Under the pieces are notes generated by a model. That model was not told the origin of the DNA. It ran no database searches and saw only the letters and a list, made by a program, of their open reading frames with translations. A DNA stretch of 50,329 nucleotides from an uncultured Syntrophaceae bacterium (lineage in GTDB: Bacteria > Desulfobacterota > Syntrophia > Syntrophales > UBA2185), in contig CAITLA010000065.1 in assembly GCA_903893135.1 (NCBI GenBank), forward strand, positions 1-50,329. The letters are read 5' to 3'. A program made the position numbers and the translations under genes. Shown here piece after piece: positions 9,402-17,665 of this stretch. Each line of letters starts with the position of its first letter. Within the stretch, counting starts at the first letter, position 1.

Positions 9402-10574
9402 TTATGCCTTGCAGAGACGCAATACTTCTACGATGACCTCCCGGGTGTAATCTTTCAATCCCCACAGCTTTGCCAGCGCCGCTGAGTTTTCCGCTATTCT
9501 GTCTATATCAGAGTCTGGTATGCCGGCCTCTTTCAAGGATGTGGGGCTGCCGATGGATGCAAACCAGTGTTTTAAACAATAGATCCCTTGAACAGCCGCA
9601 TTCATGTCGTCGGCTTCAGTGATGCCAAAAATTTTTCTCCCCAGTCGCGCAAATTTTGCGGGGTTGTTCTTTACGGCATAGCCCATCCAGCCTGGGAGGA
9701 TGACACTTAGCCCGGCGCCATGCGCGATATCGTAAAGAGCGCTCAGCGAATGTTCCATCATGTGCGCAGGATAACCGATTAATCCCATGCCTGCCGTTGT
9801 CAGTCCGTTGAAGGCCAGCGTCGCCGACCACATGATGTTGGCCCTGGCGTTGTAATTTTGAGGGTCTTTGAGGATAACCTCCGTACTTTCCATAACCGTT
9901 TTCATGATGCCTTCGACCAGCCTGTCCTGAAGCGGGCTTGCCGGTTCCCTGTTGTTGAAGTATCCTTCCAGCAAATGTGCGACGATGTCCACGGCGCCGA
10001 AGGCGCTGCAGTCTGCAGTCAATGAATATAGGACCGTCGGATCAAGGACAGATGCCCTGGGCTGGATAAAAGGAGAACTTATCGTGTATTTCTGAGCCCC
10101 CTCTTCCTTTGTAATTACTGCTGTGGGATTCATCTCCGAGGCGCTGGCGGAAACAGTGACCACCGTCAAGACGGGAAGGGCGCTCCGTATCTTTTTCCTG
10201 AAGGTGAAAAACTCCCAGATTTCGTCCCCCGGATCTGCCTTTACGCCCACGGCGATCGTCTTTGCCGTATCCATCACACTGCCTCCCCCCACGGCAAGAA
10301 CAACATCGACGCCTTCGTTTCTGGCAAGCTCTATTCCTTTAAGGGCATAGGAGAGCACAGGATTCGATTTGACGCCGGGAAACTCCAGGATATGCAGGCC
10401 CGCCTCCTTTAGAGACGAGATCACCTGATCATAAATTCCGTGTTTCTTGATGCTTCCCTGACCGTAGACAAGCAGTGCTTTCGTACCGAAACGTCTGACC
10501 TCGTTGCCTATGCGGGCAATCGTTCCCTTCCCGAAGATGATTCTGGTGGGATTGTCGAATATGAAATTTTGCAT
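9402..10574 (-). CDS. iron-containing (group III) alcohol dehydrogenase
   Basis: The ORF has the GGGSxxD motif (VGGGSVMDTAK) and a His cluster (HMMEHSLSALYDIAHG). An AGGAG sequence lies 7 nt before the second Met (MQNFIFDNP), so I prefer a start at 10574 over the track start at 10604. Confidence 0.85.
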   Translation of the reverse strand: MQNFIFDNPTRIIFGKGTIARIGNEVRRFGTKALLVYGQGSIKKHGIYDQVISSLKEAGLHILEFPGVKSNPVLSYALKGIELARNEGVDVVLAVGGGSVMDTAKTIAVGVKADPGDEIWEFFTFRKKIRSALPVLTVVTVSASASEMNPTAVITKEEGAQKYTISSPFIQPRASVLDPTVLYSLTADCSAFGAVDIVAHLLEGYFNNREPASPLQDRLVEGIMKTVMESTEVILKDPQNYNARANIMWSATLAFNGLTTAGMGLIGYPAHMMEHSLSALYDIAHGAGLSVILPGWMGYAVKNNPAKFARLGRKIFGITEADDMNAAVQGIYCLKHWFASIGSPTSLKEAGIPDSDIDRIAENSAALAKLWGLKDYTREVIVEVLRLCKA

Positions 10575-10947
10575 CGCGTCACTCCTCTTGAAAAATAGAT
10601 TCACCCGCGATATTTATGAAAGCGGGGTTCCTTTACCAATCCATGGCAACCTTAATGCGGGTCATTTGCGATGAGAACAAAGGAACACAAAAAGAAAAAT
10701 GAAACGGTAAATGGATGTTGCAGCTTGAGACTGGCATGGTTACAAAGCGCAGGTTCTTTCAGACTTTTAACTGACCATAGAAAAAAGAATAATGCAAGTG
10801 CAATCTGCCGATGACGGTACGTGAACTAAATTCAATTCAAATATTGCACTCATTTCGGATAGTGGTCTTCTTTAGTCATCTGATTTATTTCAGATGATGA
10901 GCGGAAAACGAATGTGAAGGTCGACTCACACGGCACAATATTAATCC

Positions 10948-10976
10948 TTGACAGAGACTTTTGCAAGGAGTAAATG
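10948..10976 (+). promoter_or_regulatory. candidate sigma70-type promoter of the fur-family gene
   Basis: TTGACA (10948-10953) is followed by a 17-nt spacer and TAAATG (10971-10976). A tandem AATGAAA AATGAAA follows directly at 10972-10988, which could be an AT-rich operator. Confidence 0.3.
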
Positions 10977-11010
10977 AAAATGAAATCCATTAACAATTAG
11001 GGGACTATTA

Positions 11011-11487
11011 ATGAAGAAAAAACAAGGATCGCCGTTGTTACATGGGAGATTTAAGGGATACGGCTACCGGATGACCCAGGGCCGTGAGGCCATCATGAAT
11101 GCTCTGGCAGGTGCGAAGGATCATCTGAGCGCGGAAGACATCTATATGAAAGTTCATCCCGCCTATCCAGCTATTGGTTTGACATCCGTTTACAGAACTC
11201 TGGAGGTTCTTGTAAGCACCGGTCTGGTCTATAAGTTTGATTTTGGCGACGGGCGGGCCCGATACGAGATATCAGAAGGTCCCCGGGGAGAGGGGCACCA
11301 CCATCATCTGGTGTGCACGGGCTGTGGCCGTATCATTGACTATGCGGACTTTATTGATGAAGAATTGGCGCTCTTGAAAAAGACAGAAGCGGGGCTATCC
11401 AGGAAGTATAATTTCACAATCATTAACCATCTCATCCAATTTTACGGGTTCTGCCATAAGTGCAAGAATAGGAAAAATGATAAGTAG
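11011..11487 (+). CDS. Fur family transcriptional regulator (Fur/Zur/PerR type not resolved)
   Basis: The 158-aa ORF has a winged-helix segment (LTSVYRTLEVL), a metal site HHHHLVCTGCG, and a C-terminal CHKC. Confidence 0.85.
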   Translation: MKKKQGSPLLHGRFKGYGYRMTQGREAIMNALAGAKDHLSAEDIYMKVHPAYPAIGLTSVYRTLEVLVSTGLVYKFDFGDGRARYEISEGPRGEGHHHHLVCTGCGRIIDYADFIDEELALLKKTEAGLSRKYNFTIINHLIQFYGFCHKCKNRKNDK

Positions 11488-12361
11488 CCGTGCAGACAGG
11501 ACCATGCAAGTTTCAGGATTGATGAACCATTTTTGGCTTGTCCTTTTTTCGGAGGATGCTCTCAGGCAAGCAGCAGGGCTGAAATTTATCAGCCACATGA
11601 TAGATGACAGGCCATACTGGTATCTTTGGCATGCGGCGCACACCGGGGTATATGAACTCGATCTTCTCGGGGCGCAATCTATCAATGGCTACGACTGGCT
11701 GGCAGAATTTGTAATCAAGTATTACCCCCACAAAGACGAGCCGTGGCACGAGGGATTGTCCTTTCTGGAAAAGCGCTGCCGCGCAAGTGATGTCTTTCAA
11801 ACCCCGCCCTCGGCCGGAGGCGGCTGTCCCTGCCACAGCCTTTCTCACAGACATGAACAAGATCGATTCGCCGATCTTGCAGAAAGCACAGGCGCGCCCT
11901 CCTACGCCTGCAGGGATAGCATACCCCCGGATTTTTTCTATGCCGGCCATCTCTACATCGCTTTCAAAGACACTGTAGGCAGCATTATACGACTTAAAAC
12001 ACAGACGAGCTGGCAGGTGGCAATTACGAAGAACCACAGCATCAGAAATGGAGATGGTCAAGCTTTGACGTTTTTTAAAAAAGGCACCGTCGACCGAAAT
12101 TACCCCGGCTTCGCCATCAGTAATTTTATCTATCAGGGACTCGTAAAAAGTTGGTCTTCTTTTCATCAATACGAGGCCAATCGTGAACAGATTTGGAGGG
12201 GAGAAGGAGTAAGATTCTTAAACGACGGGAGGGACATCAAGACTGAGCCTTTCCGTAATATAAAGAGGATCATCGCCCAGACGGAATTGGTCTGCCGGGA
12301 GGAAGATGTTCTGGCCTTAGTGCCGGACGCTGATCTGGAAGGGATGCATTTGGAAAACTAA
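11477..12361 (+). CDS. hypothetical protein (first gene after fur, no family recognised)
   Basis: The 294-aa ORF overlaps the fur stop by 11 nt. I prefer it to the antisense 218-aa ORF because it is longer and continues the operon. The start is ambiguous; Met codons at 11504 and 11522 are also possible. Confidence 0.5.
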   Translation: MISSRADRTMQVSGLMNHFWLVLFSEDALRQAAGLKFISHMIDDRPYWYLWHAAHTGVYELDLLGAQSINGYDWLAEFVIKYYPHKDEPWHEGLSFLEKRCRASDVFQTPPSAGGGCPCHSLSHRHEQDRFADLAESTGAPSYACRDSIPPDFFYAGHLYIAFKDTVGSIIRLKTQTSWQVAITKNHSIRNGDGQALTFFKKGTVDRNYPGFAISNFIYQGLVKSWSSFHQYEANREQIWRGEGVRFLNDGRDIKTEPFRNIKRIIAQTELVCREEDVLALVPDADLEGMHLEN

Positions 12362-12378
12362 ATAAGGAGGTTTGATCA

Positions 12379-12501
12379 ATGGAAGAAGATGTTAAGAATG
12401 TTAAAAAAGAAAAGGGCTGGGGAGGCGGTATCCTGGTGGGACTCCTGGTCGGCATCGTTCTTTTCATGCTGACCTACCAATTGCTTCTTATGGCTAAATA
12501 G
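12379..12501 (+). CDS. 40-aa single-pass membrane miniprotein
   Basis: This ORF is too short for the ORF track. AAGGAGG lies 7 nt before the ATG. The product is MEEDVKNVKKEKGWGGGILVGLLVGIVLFMLTYQLLLMAK, a charged head followed by one hydrophobic helix. It sits 17 nt after the preceding gene and 17 nt before the next. Confidence 0.55.
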   Translation: MEEDVKNVKKEKGWGGGILVGLLVGIVLFMLTYQLLLMAK

Positions 12502-12518
12502 CAAAGGAGGTTGCTAAA

Positions 12519-13610
12519 ATGGAAAAAGATTTTTCACGGCGTTCTTTTATCAAGGGGATGGCCGTAGGCACCATGGCGGGATATTTCGGCGCTGCGGGAT
12601 TGTCATCCACCGTTTTCAAGAGCCAGCTTCTGCCAAAAGAAAAACTCAACCCCGTAGACATCGGCCAGGTTAAGAGTTTGAAGATCAAGGTCATCTCGGA
12701 GACAAGCTGGTATGACAACAATGTCTTTCTGAATGACGTCAAGAAGGCCGGAGGGCTTCTGGTGAATCAATACGAGATACCCTGGACCCGGGAAGGCGTG
12801 AAGGCCGGTTACCTGGGAGACAATCTGGGAGGTTTCTCCACCTATATCGAGGCGGAGCTCATGGATGGGAAGGTCATAAAGATCCTCCAGGATACGGGCT
12901 GGAATCCCCATTGGATGGACAAGAGATTCAAGGAAGAGGGAATAGCCGAAAAACTCGCCAGAAAGGAGATAGATTTCCAGGTGATCACCCATGAGCACAT
13001 CGATCACTTTTTCGGTATCGAATCTACGACCCGGCATTACCCCGATATCCCCATGTATGTACCTAAGGGATTCTATCAGGATGGCTTTGATCTTTTGAAG
13101 GGGAAGAGCTTTCCTAAAGCAAATGTAAAGAACGACCATCCCCATAAAGGAAAAGTCACCGTTCTCGATTCCAAGCAGGTCAATGTCCTCTATCCGGGTA
13201 TTGCCCTTATGACCTTCGACGTACCCATCATCCTTCGGGTCTTCGGCGAACAGGCCTTTGTCTTTAATGTGAAAGACAAGGGGATTGTCTTGGTGACCGG
13301 CTGCTGTCACCAGGGTATAATCAGCTACATGGAGGAAGTGAGAAAGAAAATACTTGGAGGTCAAAAGATATACGCCGTGCAGGGCGGTCTTCACATTTCG
13401 CCTTTCGAGGACTGGGACCCACAATACGACGATCTTATTATGGCCTTCAACAAGTATGGCGTACAGAAAATCGGGTGCAATCACTGTACCGGCTTTATCA
13501 CAGCCGAAAAAATGATCAAAGCCGGCCTCCCTGTCGTCAAGGGTACTGCCCGTCACATGAGCAAGCGGGACATTTACCTGGGTAACGGGGACGAACTGGT
13601 CATCGCTTAA
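12519..13610 (+). CDS. Tat-exported MBL-fold metallo-hydrolase
   Basis: The 363-aa ORF has a twin-arginine signal (SRRSFIKGMAVGTMAG), the HxHxDH motif (THEHIDH), and a C-terminal NHCTG like COG1237-type MBL proteins. Confidence 0.8.
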   Translation: MEKDFSRRSFIKGMAVGTMAGYFGAAGLSSTVFKSQLLPKEKLNPVDIGQVKSLKIKVISETSWYDNNVFLNDVKKAGGLLVNQYEIPWTREGVKAGYLGDNLGGFSTYIEAELMDGKVIKILQDTGWNPHWMDKRFKEEGIAEKLARKEIDFQVITHEHIDHFFGIESTTRHYPDIPMYVPKGFYQDGFDLLKGKSFPKANVKNDHPHKGKVTVLDSKQVNVLYPGIALMTFDVPIILRVFGEQAFVFNVKDKGIVLVTGCCHQGIISYMEEVRKKILGGQKIYAVQGGLHISPFEDWDPQYDDLIMAFNKYGVQKIGCNHCTGFITAEKMIKAGLPVVKGTARHMSKRDIYLGNGDELVIA

Positions 13611-13631
13611 TTATATCAGGGAGGTGATAAA

Positions 13632-14885
13632 ATGAGTGCAAATGCTCTGGATACATTGTGGCTCGAGGAAAGATCGTTAACAAATCTGATTAAGCAACCT
13701 GCCATAAGAGGCATTCTCGATACGCTACTGGCCTTTGCCGTTTTCATGGGCCTCTGGTGGGTTTTCATGGATCCCCGTGGAGTCCTCCGCTGGTATACGC
13801 CCCAGTATGGTTATATGTACATTCGCTGGCTTCTCATCGTCGCCATCTGGCAGGCCTATATCTTCAACTTCTGGCCCTTCAAACTGACATGGATGGAAAA
13901 AACACACCCGCTTAAGAAGGGTCTAATCCTGATCGCGATCAATTTTGTGGTGACGGGTCTTCTCGTCTGGGTATTCTACTACAACATTTTCGGGAGACTG
14001 GCGATCCCGTACTTTAGCTGGCCGGAGCTGAAAAAGACGGGGCTTTCCGATTTCTTCTCCCGTGAATACTCATCTCTTGCCATTTTGATGATGGCGGCGA
14101 TTGCTTCCTGGTTAAGCCCTATCTGGCCCGCGGCATTCGAGAACTACCCTTGGCACAATCTGAAACAACCGGCTAAAGGATTCACAGTCTTTGCCGTAAC
14201 ATTTCTTCTCACTACCTATGCGTATCTCATCTTCATGCATCCACACTACCGTGTTCTCTTCTACCCCTGGCAGGAGTATACGGCGGCTTTCCCCTGGTGG
14301 TACGATTCCTTCCATACGCTGAGCGGCAATTTCAACGTCGGCTGGATTATGTGCGCCACAGTGTCCGTGTGGCTGCTGGAGACGATCATGGAACGTTATC
14401 CCTTCCGGCTGGTCAAGTCCCAGCCATGGCGGGGGCTGACAGGGTTCGCCTTCATTCTGCTGCTGGCCTGGATACTCTTTTTCACCTTCACCTTCATGCA
14501 GGACATGGTCTGGGGACCCTCCGTTGAGGGGGCGAAACGCCTCATGGCCCCCGACTGGCGTTATCTCCACAACGGGGAACTCGCCGTTATCCTCCTTACG
14601 GTAGCATTGGCTCTTTATTTCTACTTTGACAACTGGCCACGAAAGTTCAGCACGGAGGTGAACCTGCTCATCCGTGTGGCCATTACCATCATCGGAGCAT
14701 GGGGCATCCATTGGCTCTATTACAAGTACAGCCCCCAGCTCCTCGGCACGCAGGCGGGCTACTCCCATCCACAGCAATTTCCTATGGCGCCGGTAATCCT
14801 CTTCATCAACGTCATGTTGTACCATAACTGGTTCATGGACGGCTGGCCGGGTAAGCGCATAAAACAGGATTTGAAGGTTGCGTAA
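13632..14885 (+). CDS. polytopic membrane protein, Trp/aromatic-rich, uncharacterised
   Basis: The 417-aa ORF has GGGAGG 7 nt upstream of its start and many hydrophobic helices. It lies 21 nt downstream of the MBL gene. Confidence 0.75.
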   Translation: MSANALDTLWLEERSLTNLIKQPAIRGILDTLLAFAVFMGLWWVFMDPRGVLRWYTPQYGYMYIRWLLIVAIWQAYIFNFWPFKLTWMEKTHPLKKGLILIAINFVVTGLLVWVFYYNIFGRLAIPYFSWPELKKTGLSDFFSREYSSLAILMMAAIASWLSPIWPAAFENYPWHNLKQPAKGFTVFAVTFLLTTYAYLIFMHPHYRVLFYPWQEYTAAFPWWYDSFHTLSGNFNVGWIMCATVSVWLLETIMERYPFRLVKSQPWRGLTGFAFILLLAWILFFTFTFMQDMVWGPSVEGAKRLMAPDWRYLHNGELAVILLTVALALYFYFDNWPRKFSTEVNLLIRVAITIIGAWGIHWLYYKYSPQLLGTQAGYSHPQQFPMAPVILFINVMLYHNWFMDGWPGKRIKQDLKVA

Positions 14886-14918
14886 AAAGTGTTATTTTTC
14901 CCATATACATGACGTATT

Positions 14919-14949
14919 CCCCGGCCCCGCTTTTGACGCGGGGTTGGGG
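14919..14949 (+). terminator. GC-rich hairpin, probable operon terminator
   Basis: CCCCGGCCCCGC (14919-14930) pairs with GCGGGGTTGGGG (14938-14949), using two G-U pairs and a 7-nt loop. The hairpin starts 34 nt after the stop. The T-tract is weak. Confidence 0.5.
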
Positions 14950-15022
14950 ATATTCATTTCTATGTTGAAAGTCTTCTCCCTGTATGGGATATACGTTGTG
15001 ACCAGGTTATCGAGGTAATGTT

Positions 15023-15301
15023 ATGTCTTACAGAATTAGTCGTCGCGGTATGTTTACAAGAGAAATTCTGAAATTATTTTTCAATCTTGCTTCAACTAAA
15101 ACACTTAACGAAGAAGAGCTGCACCGTGAAAGTCTCGAGCAGTATTTCAAGTCGCCGATTCATAGCTATCCACTCCTTCAAGAAATGCCCTGGGACCTTC
15201 TCGTTACCGAGGCAGAGATGCGCGGCATACCCATTGAAGGAAGGGACAAGAATGATATCGCCAGAGATCTTTTTCTAAAAGATAATAATTCAATAACTTA
15301 G
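15023..15301 (+). CDS. hypothetical 92-aa protein
   Basis: An ORF with GAGG about 8 nt upstream of its start, lying just before the HdrD-like gene. No family recognised. Confidence 0.4.
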   Translation: MSYRISRRGMFTREILKLFFNLASTKTLNEEELHRESLEQYFKSPIHSYPLLQEMPWDLLVTEAEMRGIPIEGRDKNDIARDLFLKDNNSIT

Positions 15302-15356
15302 AATAGTAACACGGTCTGCCAATTTGGCGTCCAAGTCAGATTAATAAGGAGAATTT

Positions 15357-16382
15357 ATGTTTCACGCAGATGCATGCGATTATTGCGGCGAGTGTCTCAA
15401 TCTTTGCCACTACCTGGATTTCGACCGGGAAAGCGGGGGTAGGGAATTTAAGAAACTTGTGCAGGGTGAAAAGGTTGCCTGGCTGAAGGACTGCGTGACA
15501 TGTATCGCCTGTAATGAATACTGCCCAAAGGGTGCCCGTCCTTTCGATTTGATCCTGAAGCGGCTGGAAGAAGAGGGAGATTTCACGGAGAAAGCCCTGC
15601 GGGATCAGATGGCCGAGAGATTCAAACCGGAAGGCGAACCGAGGCCGGTGGAGTCCAAAGACCGGGTGATGTCCATCTGCGTTATGCAGGGTAACATGCC
15701 CTGGGCCATCCAGGGACAGCTCTTCGAGACGATGCCACTGCTCAAAGGTAAACACTATTTCTGCAATGTCCTCTTCGCCCACATGGGAGACGAGTCGGTC
15801 ATGTTGAATCGTCTGCAGGCCATGGTGGACAACCTGGCCAAATCCGGGGCAAAGGAGATCGTCTTCGTGCACGACGACTGCTACGCCGCCCTTAAAGGTA
15901 TTGCACCGGAATGCGGCATCAATGTCCCCTTCCGGCCAGTCCACGTATTTGAGTATCTCAGGGACTATCTGAAAGAAAACAAGAGCAAAGTCAGGAAACT
16001 TAACATGAAGGTTGCCTACCAGCGTCCCTGCGCCTCCCGGTATACGCCTGAGAAGGATTACCTGGTGGACGAAATCTTCGACGCCATCGGAGTGGAGCGG
16101 GTAAAACGACAGTACGACGGTATCAATGCCGTATGCTGCGGCGTGGAGGTGGCGGGCCCGGGGTTGAAGCTCTTCCCGAGAGGAAAGAACTTCGAGCCTT
16201 TTCAGGAGAAGAACATCAAGGACGCGAAGGATCACGGCGCCGAGGCGATGGTCTATCTTTGCCCCATGTGTTTCGCTACACTCAACAAGAAGGTGCGCGA
16301 CGCGGGAATGAAAAATTATATGATCACTGATATCTGCCGGCTTGCCCTGGGTGAGAAACTGCCGGAAGAAAAACCGCTGTAA
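15357..16382 (+). CDS. Fe-S oxidoreductase with two 4Fe-4S motifs and CCG domains (HdrD/GlcF/LutA-like)
   Basis: The 341-aa ORF has two CxxCxxCxxxC motifs (CDYCGECLNLCH, CVTCIACNEYCP) and CCG-type Cys motifs (AVCCGVE, YLCPMCF). AAGGAG lies upstream of the start. Confidence 0.85.
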   Translation: MFHADACDYCGECLNLCHYLDFDRESGGREFKKLVQGEKVAWLKDCVTCIACNEYCPKGARPFDLILKRLEEEGDFTEKALRDQMAERFKPEGEPRPVESKDRVMSICVMQGNMPWAIQGQLFETMPLLKGKHYFCNVLFAHMGDESVMLNRLQAMVDNLAKSGAKEIVFVHDDCYAALKGIAPECGINVPFRPVHVFEYLRDYLKENKSKVRKLNMKVAYQRPCASRYTPEKDYLVDEIFDAIGVERVKRQYDGINAVCCGVEVAGPGLKLFPRGKNFEPFQEKNIKDAKDHGAEAMVYLCPMCFATLNKKVRDAGMKNYMITDICRLALGEKLPEEKPL

Positions 16383-16424
16383 TCAAAATGTAAAAAAGAC
16401 ACTGGATCGTTCTTAAAGGTATGT

Positions 16425-16845
16425 ATGAAAAAAATAACCGGGTCTAACATTACGAATCCACAGAGCCGTCAGATCGAAAAAAAATATCTCCGTCTGTTTG
16501 AAAAGCTGAGCAAATCAGAGCAGGAGAAATCAGTCATTCTCGATGCCATGACCGAACTCGTCTTGTATCTCGACACGGATTTGAAAGTTATCTGGGCTAA
16601 TAAGGCCATGCAGGATGCATTTAATCTGGCACACGGCCAATTGAACGGGAAGCACTGCTATTAAGCGCTTCATAATGGAAATCAAGGTCATCAATTTTAT
16701 AAAAGAAGGACGCACGACAAAAGAAATAGCAAGGCTGTTGAATGCGTCAGCAAGGACAGTCGAAGTGCACCGTGATCATATTAGAAGAAAGTTGAACCTG
16801 AACAAGAGGAAGGCAAATCTGAGATCTTATCTTTTGTCTTTGTAG
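16425..16845 (+). pseudogene. decayed PAS-LuxR one-component regulator (PAS N-fragment plus out-of-frame LuxR-type HTH)
   Basis: The 79-aa ORF (16425-16664) stops inside a PAS fold (...VIWANKAMQDAFNLAHGQLNGKHCY*). A 56-aa ORF follows 10 nt later in another frame (16675-16845). Its product, MEIKVINFIKEGRTTKEIARLLNASARTVEVHRDHIRRKLNL..., is a near-complete LuxR/FixJ C-terminal HTH. Confidence 0.55.
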
Positions 16846-16866
16846 TTTTAGCTACTCCCGATTTTG

Positions 16867-16894
16867 TTGACTACTTATAAAAAGTACGTATACT
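16867..16894 (+). promoter_or_regulatory. candidate sigma70-type promoter
   Basis: TTGACT (16867-16872) is followed by a 16-nt spacer and TATACT (16889-16894). The site lies about 165 nt upstream of the C_GCAxxG_C_C gene. Confidence 0.35.
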
Positions 16895-17059
16895 GTGCGT
16901 AGTTTTTCAGTATTGATATTTCAATGAATAAAGGATGCTATTTTTTGACGTTCCATGAGCATATGGGACGCGTAGACAGTTTCTTCTGGGAAACGACTAG
17001 TGGAAATGTGCTGAGAGAAGTATCTTAAAAAAGATTTCTTAAAAAAGGAGGATAAATCA

Positions 17060-17602
17060 ATGACAAAAGAGGAAAAAATCGAGGAAATCCGTCAGCGTGC
17101 CCGCAAGAATTTTTCTTTAGGGTATAATTGTGCGGAATGCGTCACCGAAGCGGTTCTCAGTCTGGTGGATACGGGACTGCCTCCGGCAGTCAAAAAAGTC
17201 GCAACTGGGTTTGGCGGCGGCATAGGGCTTTTCGGAGACACCTGCGGCGCCCTGGCAGGGGCGGTAATGGCCGTGAGCGCCGTCCACGGCAGGGATTCAC
17301 TCCCTGAAGGAGCGGATCAAAAGGACGTGGCGATGAAGTCGAAGGCCCAGTTCTACGGCAAGCCCGGTGTTTACAGGATATTCAATCTGGTGCCCAACCG
17401 CTTCAAGGCGAAATATGGAAAGACCCTGTGCAGGGAATTGACCGTGCCGTGGCAGAGCACCTGGCTGTGCAAAGAACATGCGCTGTACTGTCGTGAGATT
17501 ATCACCGAGGTGGCCGGGATTGCGGCGGACCTTGTCCTGTCCGATAAAGATGAACTGGCAGCAAAGCCCTTCGGTGAAAACGTGGAAAACCTCAAGGATT
17601 GA
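17060..17602 (+). CDS. C_GCAxxG_C_C family (putative redox-active) protein
   Basis: The 180-aa ORF has the family Cys pattern (GYNCAECV, GDTCGALAG, LCRE, LCKEHALYC). AAGGAGG lies upstream of the start. Confidence 0.8.
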   Translation: MTKEEKIEEIRQRARKNFSLGYNCAECVTEAVLSLVDTGLPPAVKKVATGFGGGIGLFGDTCGALAGAVMAVSAVHGRDSLPEGADQKDVAMKSKAQFYGKPGVYRIFNLVPNRFKAKYGKTLCRELTVPWQSTWLCKEHALYCREIITEVAGIAADLVLSDKDELAAKPFGENVENLKD

Positions 17603-17665
17603 TGTACCCCAGATAGAAATGAACATTCATGATGCGATTGAAATGATAACCGGGGAGGTTATTCA

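Noticed and set aside
11513-12169. A 218-aa minus-strand ORF opposite the 294-aa gene downstream of fur.
   Set aside because: It is shorter than the plus-strand ORF, it would break the co-directional operon, and it is Arg/Cys-rich like other antisense ORFs here. Neither strand has a recognisable family, so this remains a judgement call.
12603-13556. A 317-aa minus-strand ORF.
   Set aside because: It is antisense to the Tat-MBL gene, which has Tat and HxHxDH motifs.
15336-16235. A 299-aa minus-strand ORF.
   Set aside because: It is antisense to the HdrD-like gene, which has two ferredoxin motifs and CCG motifs.
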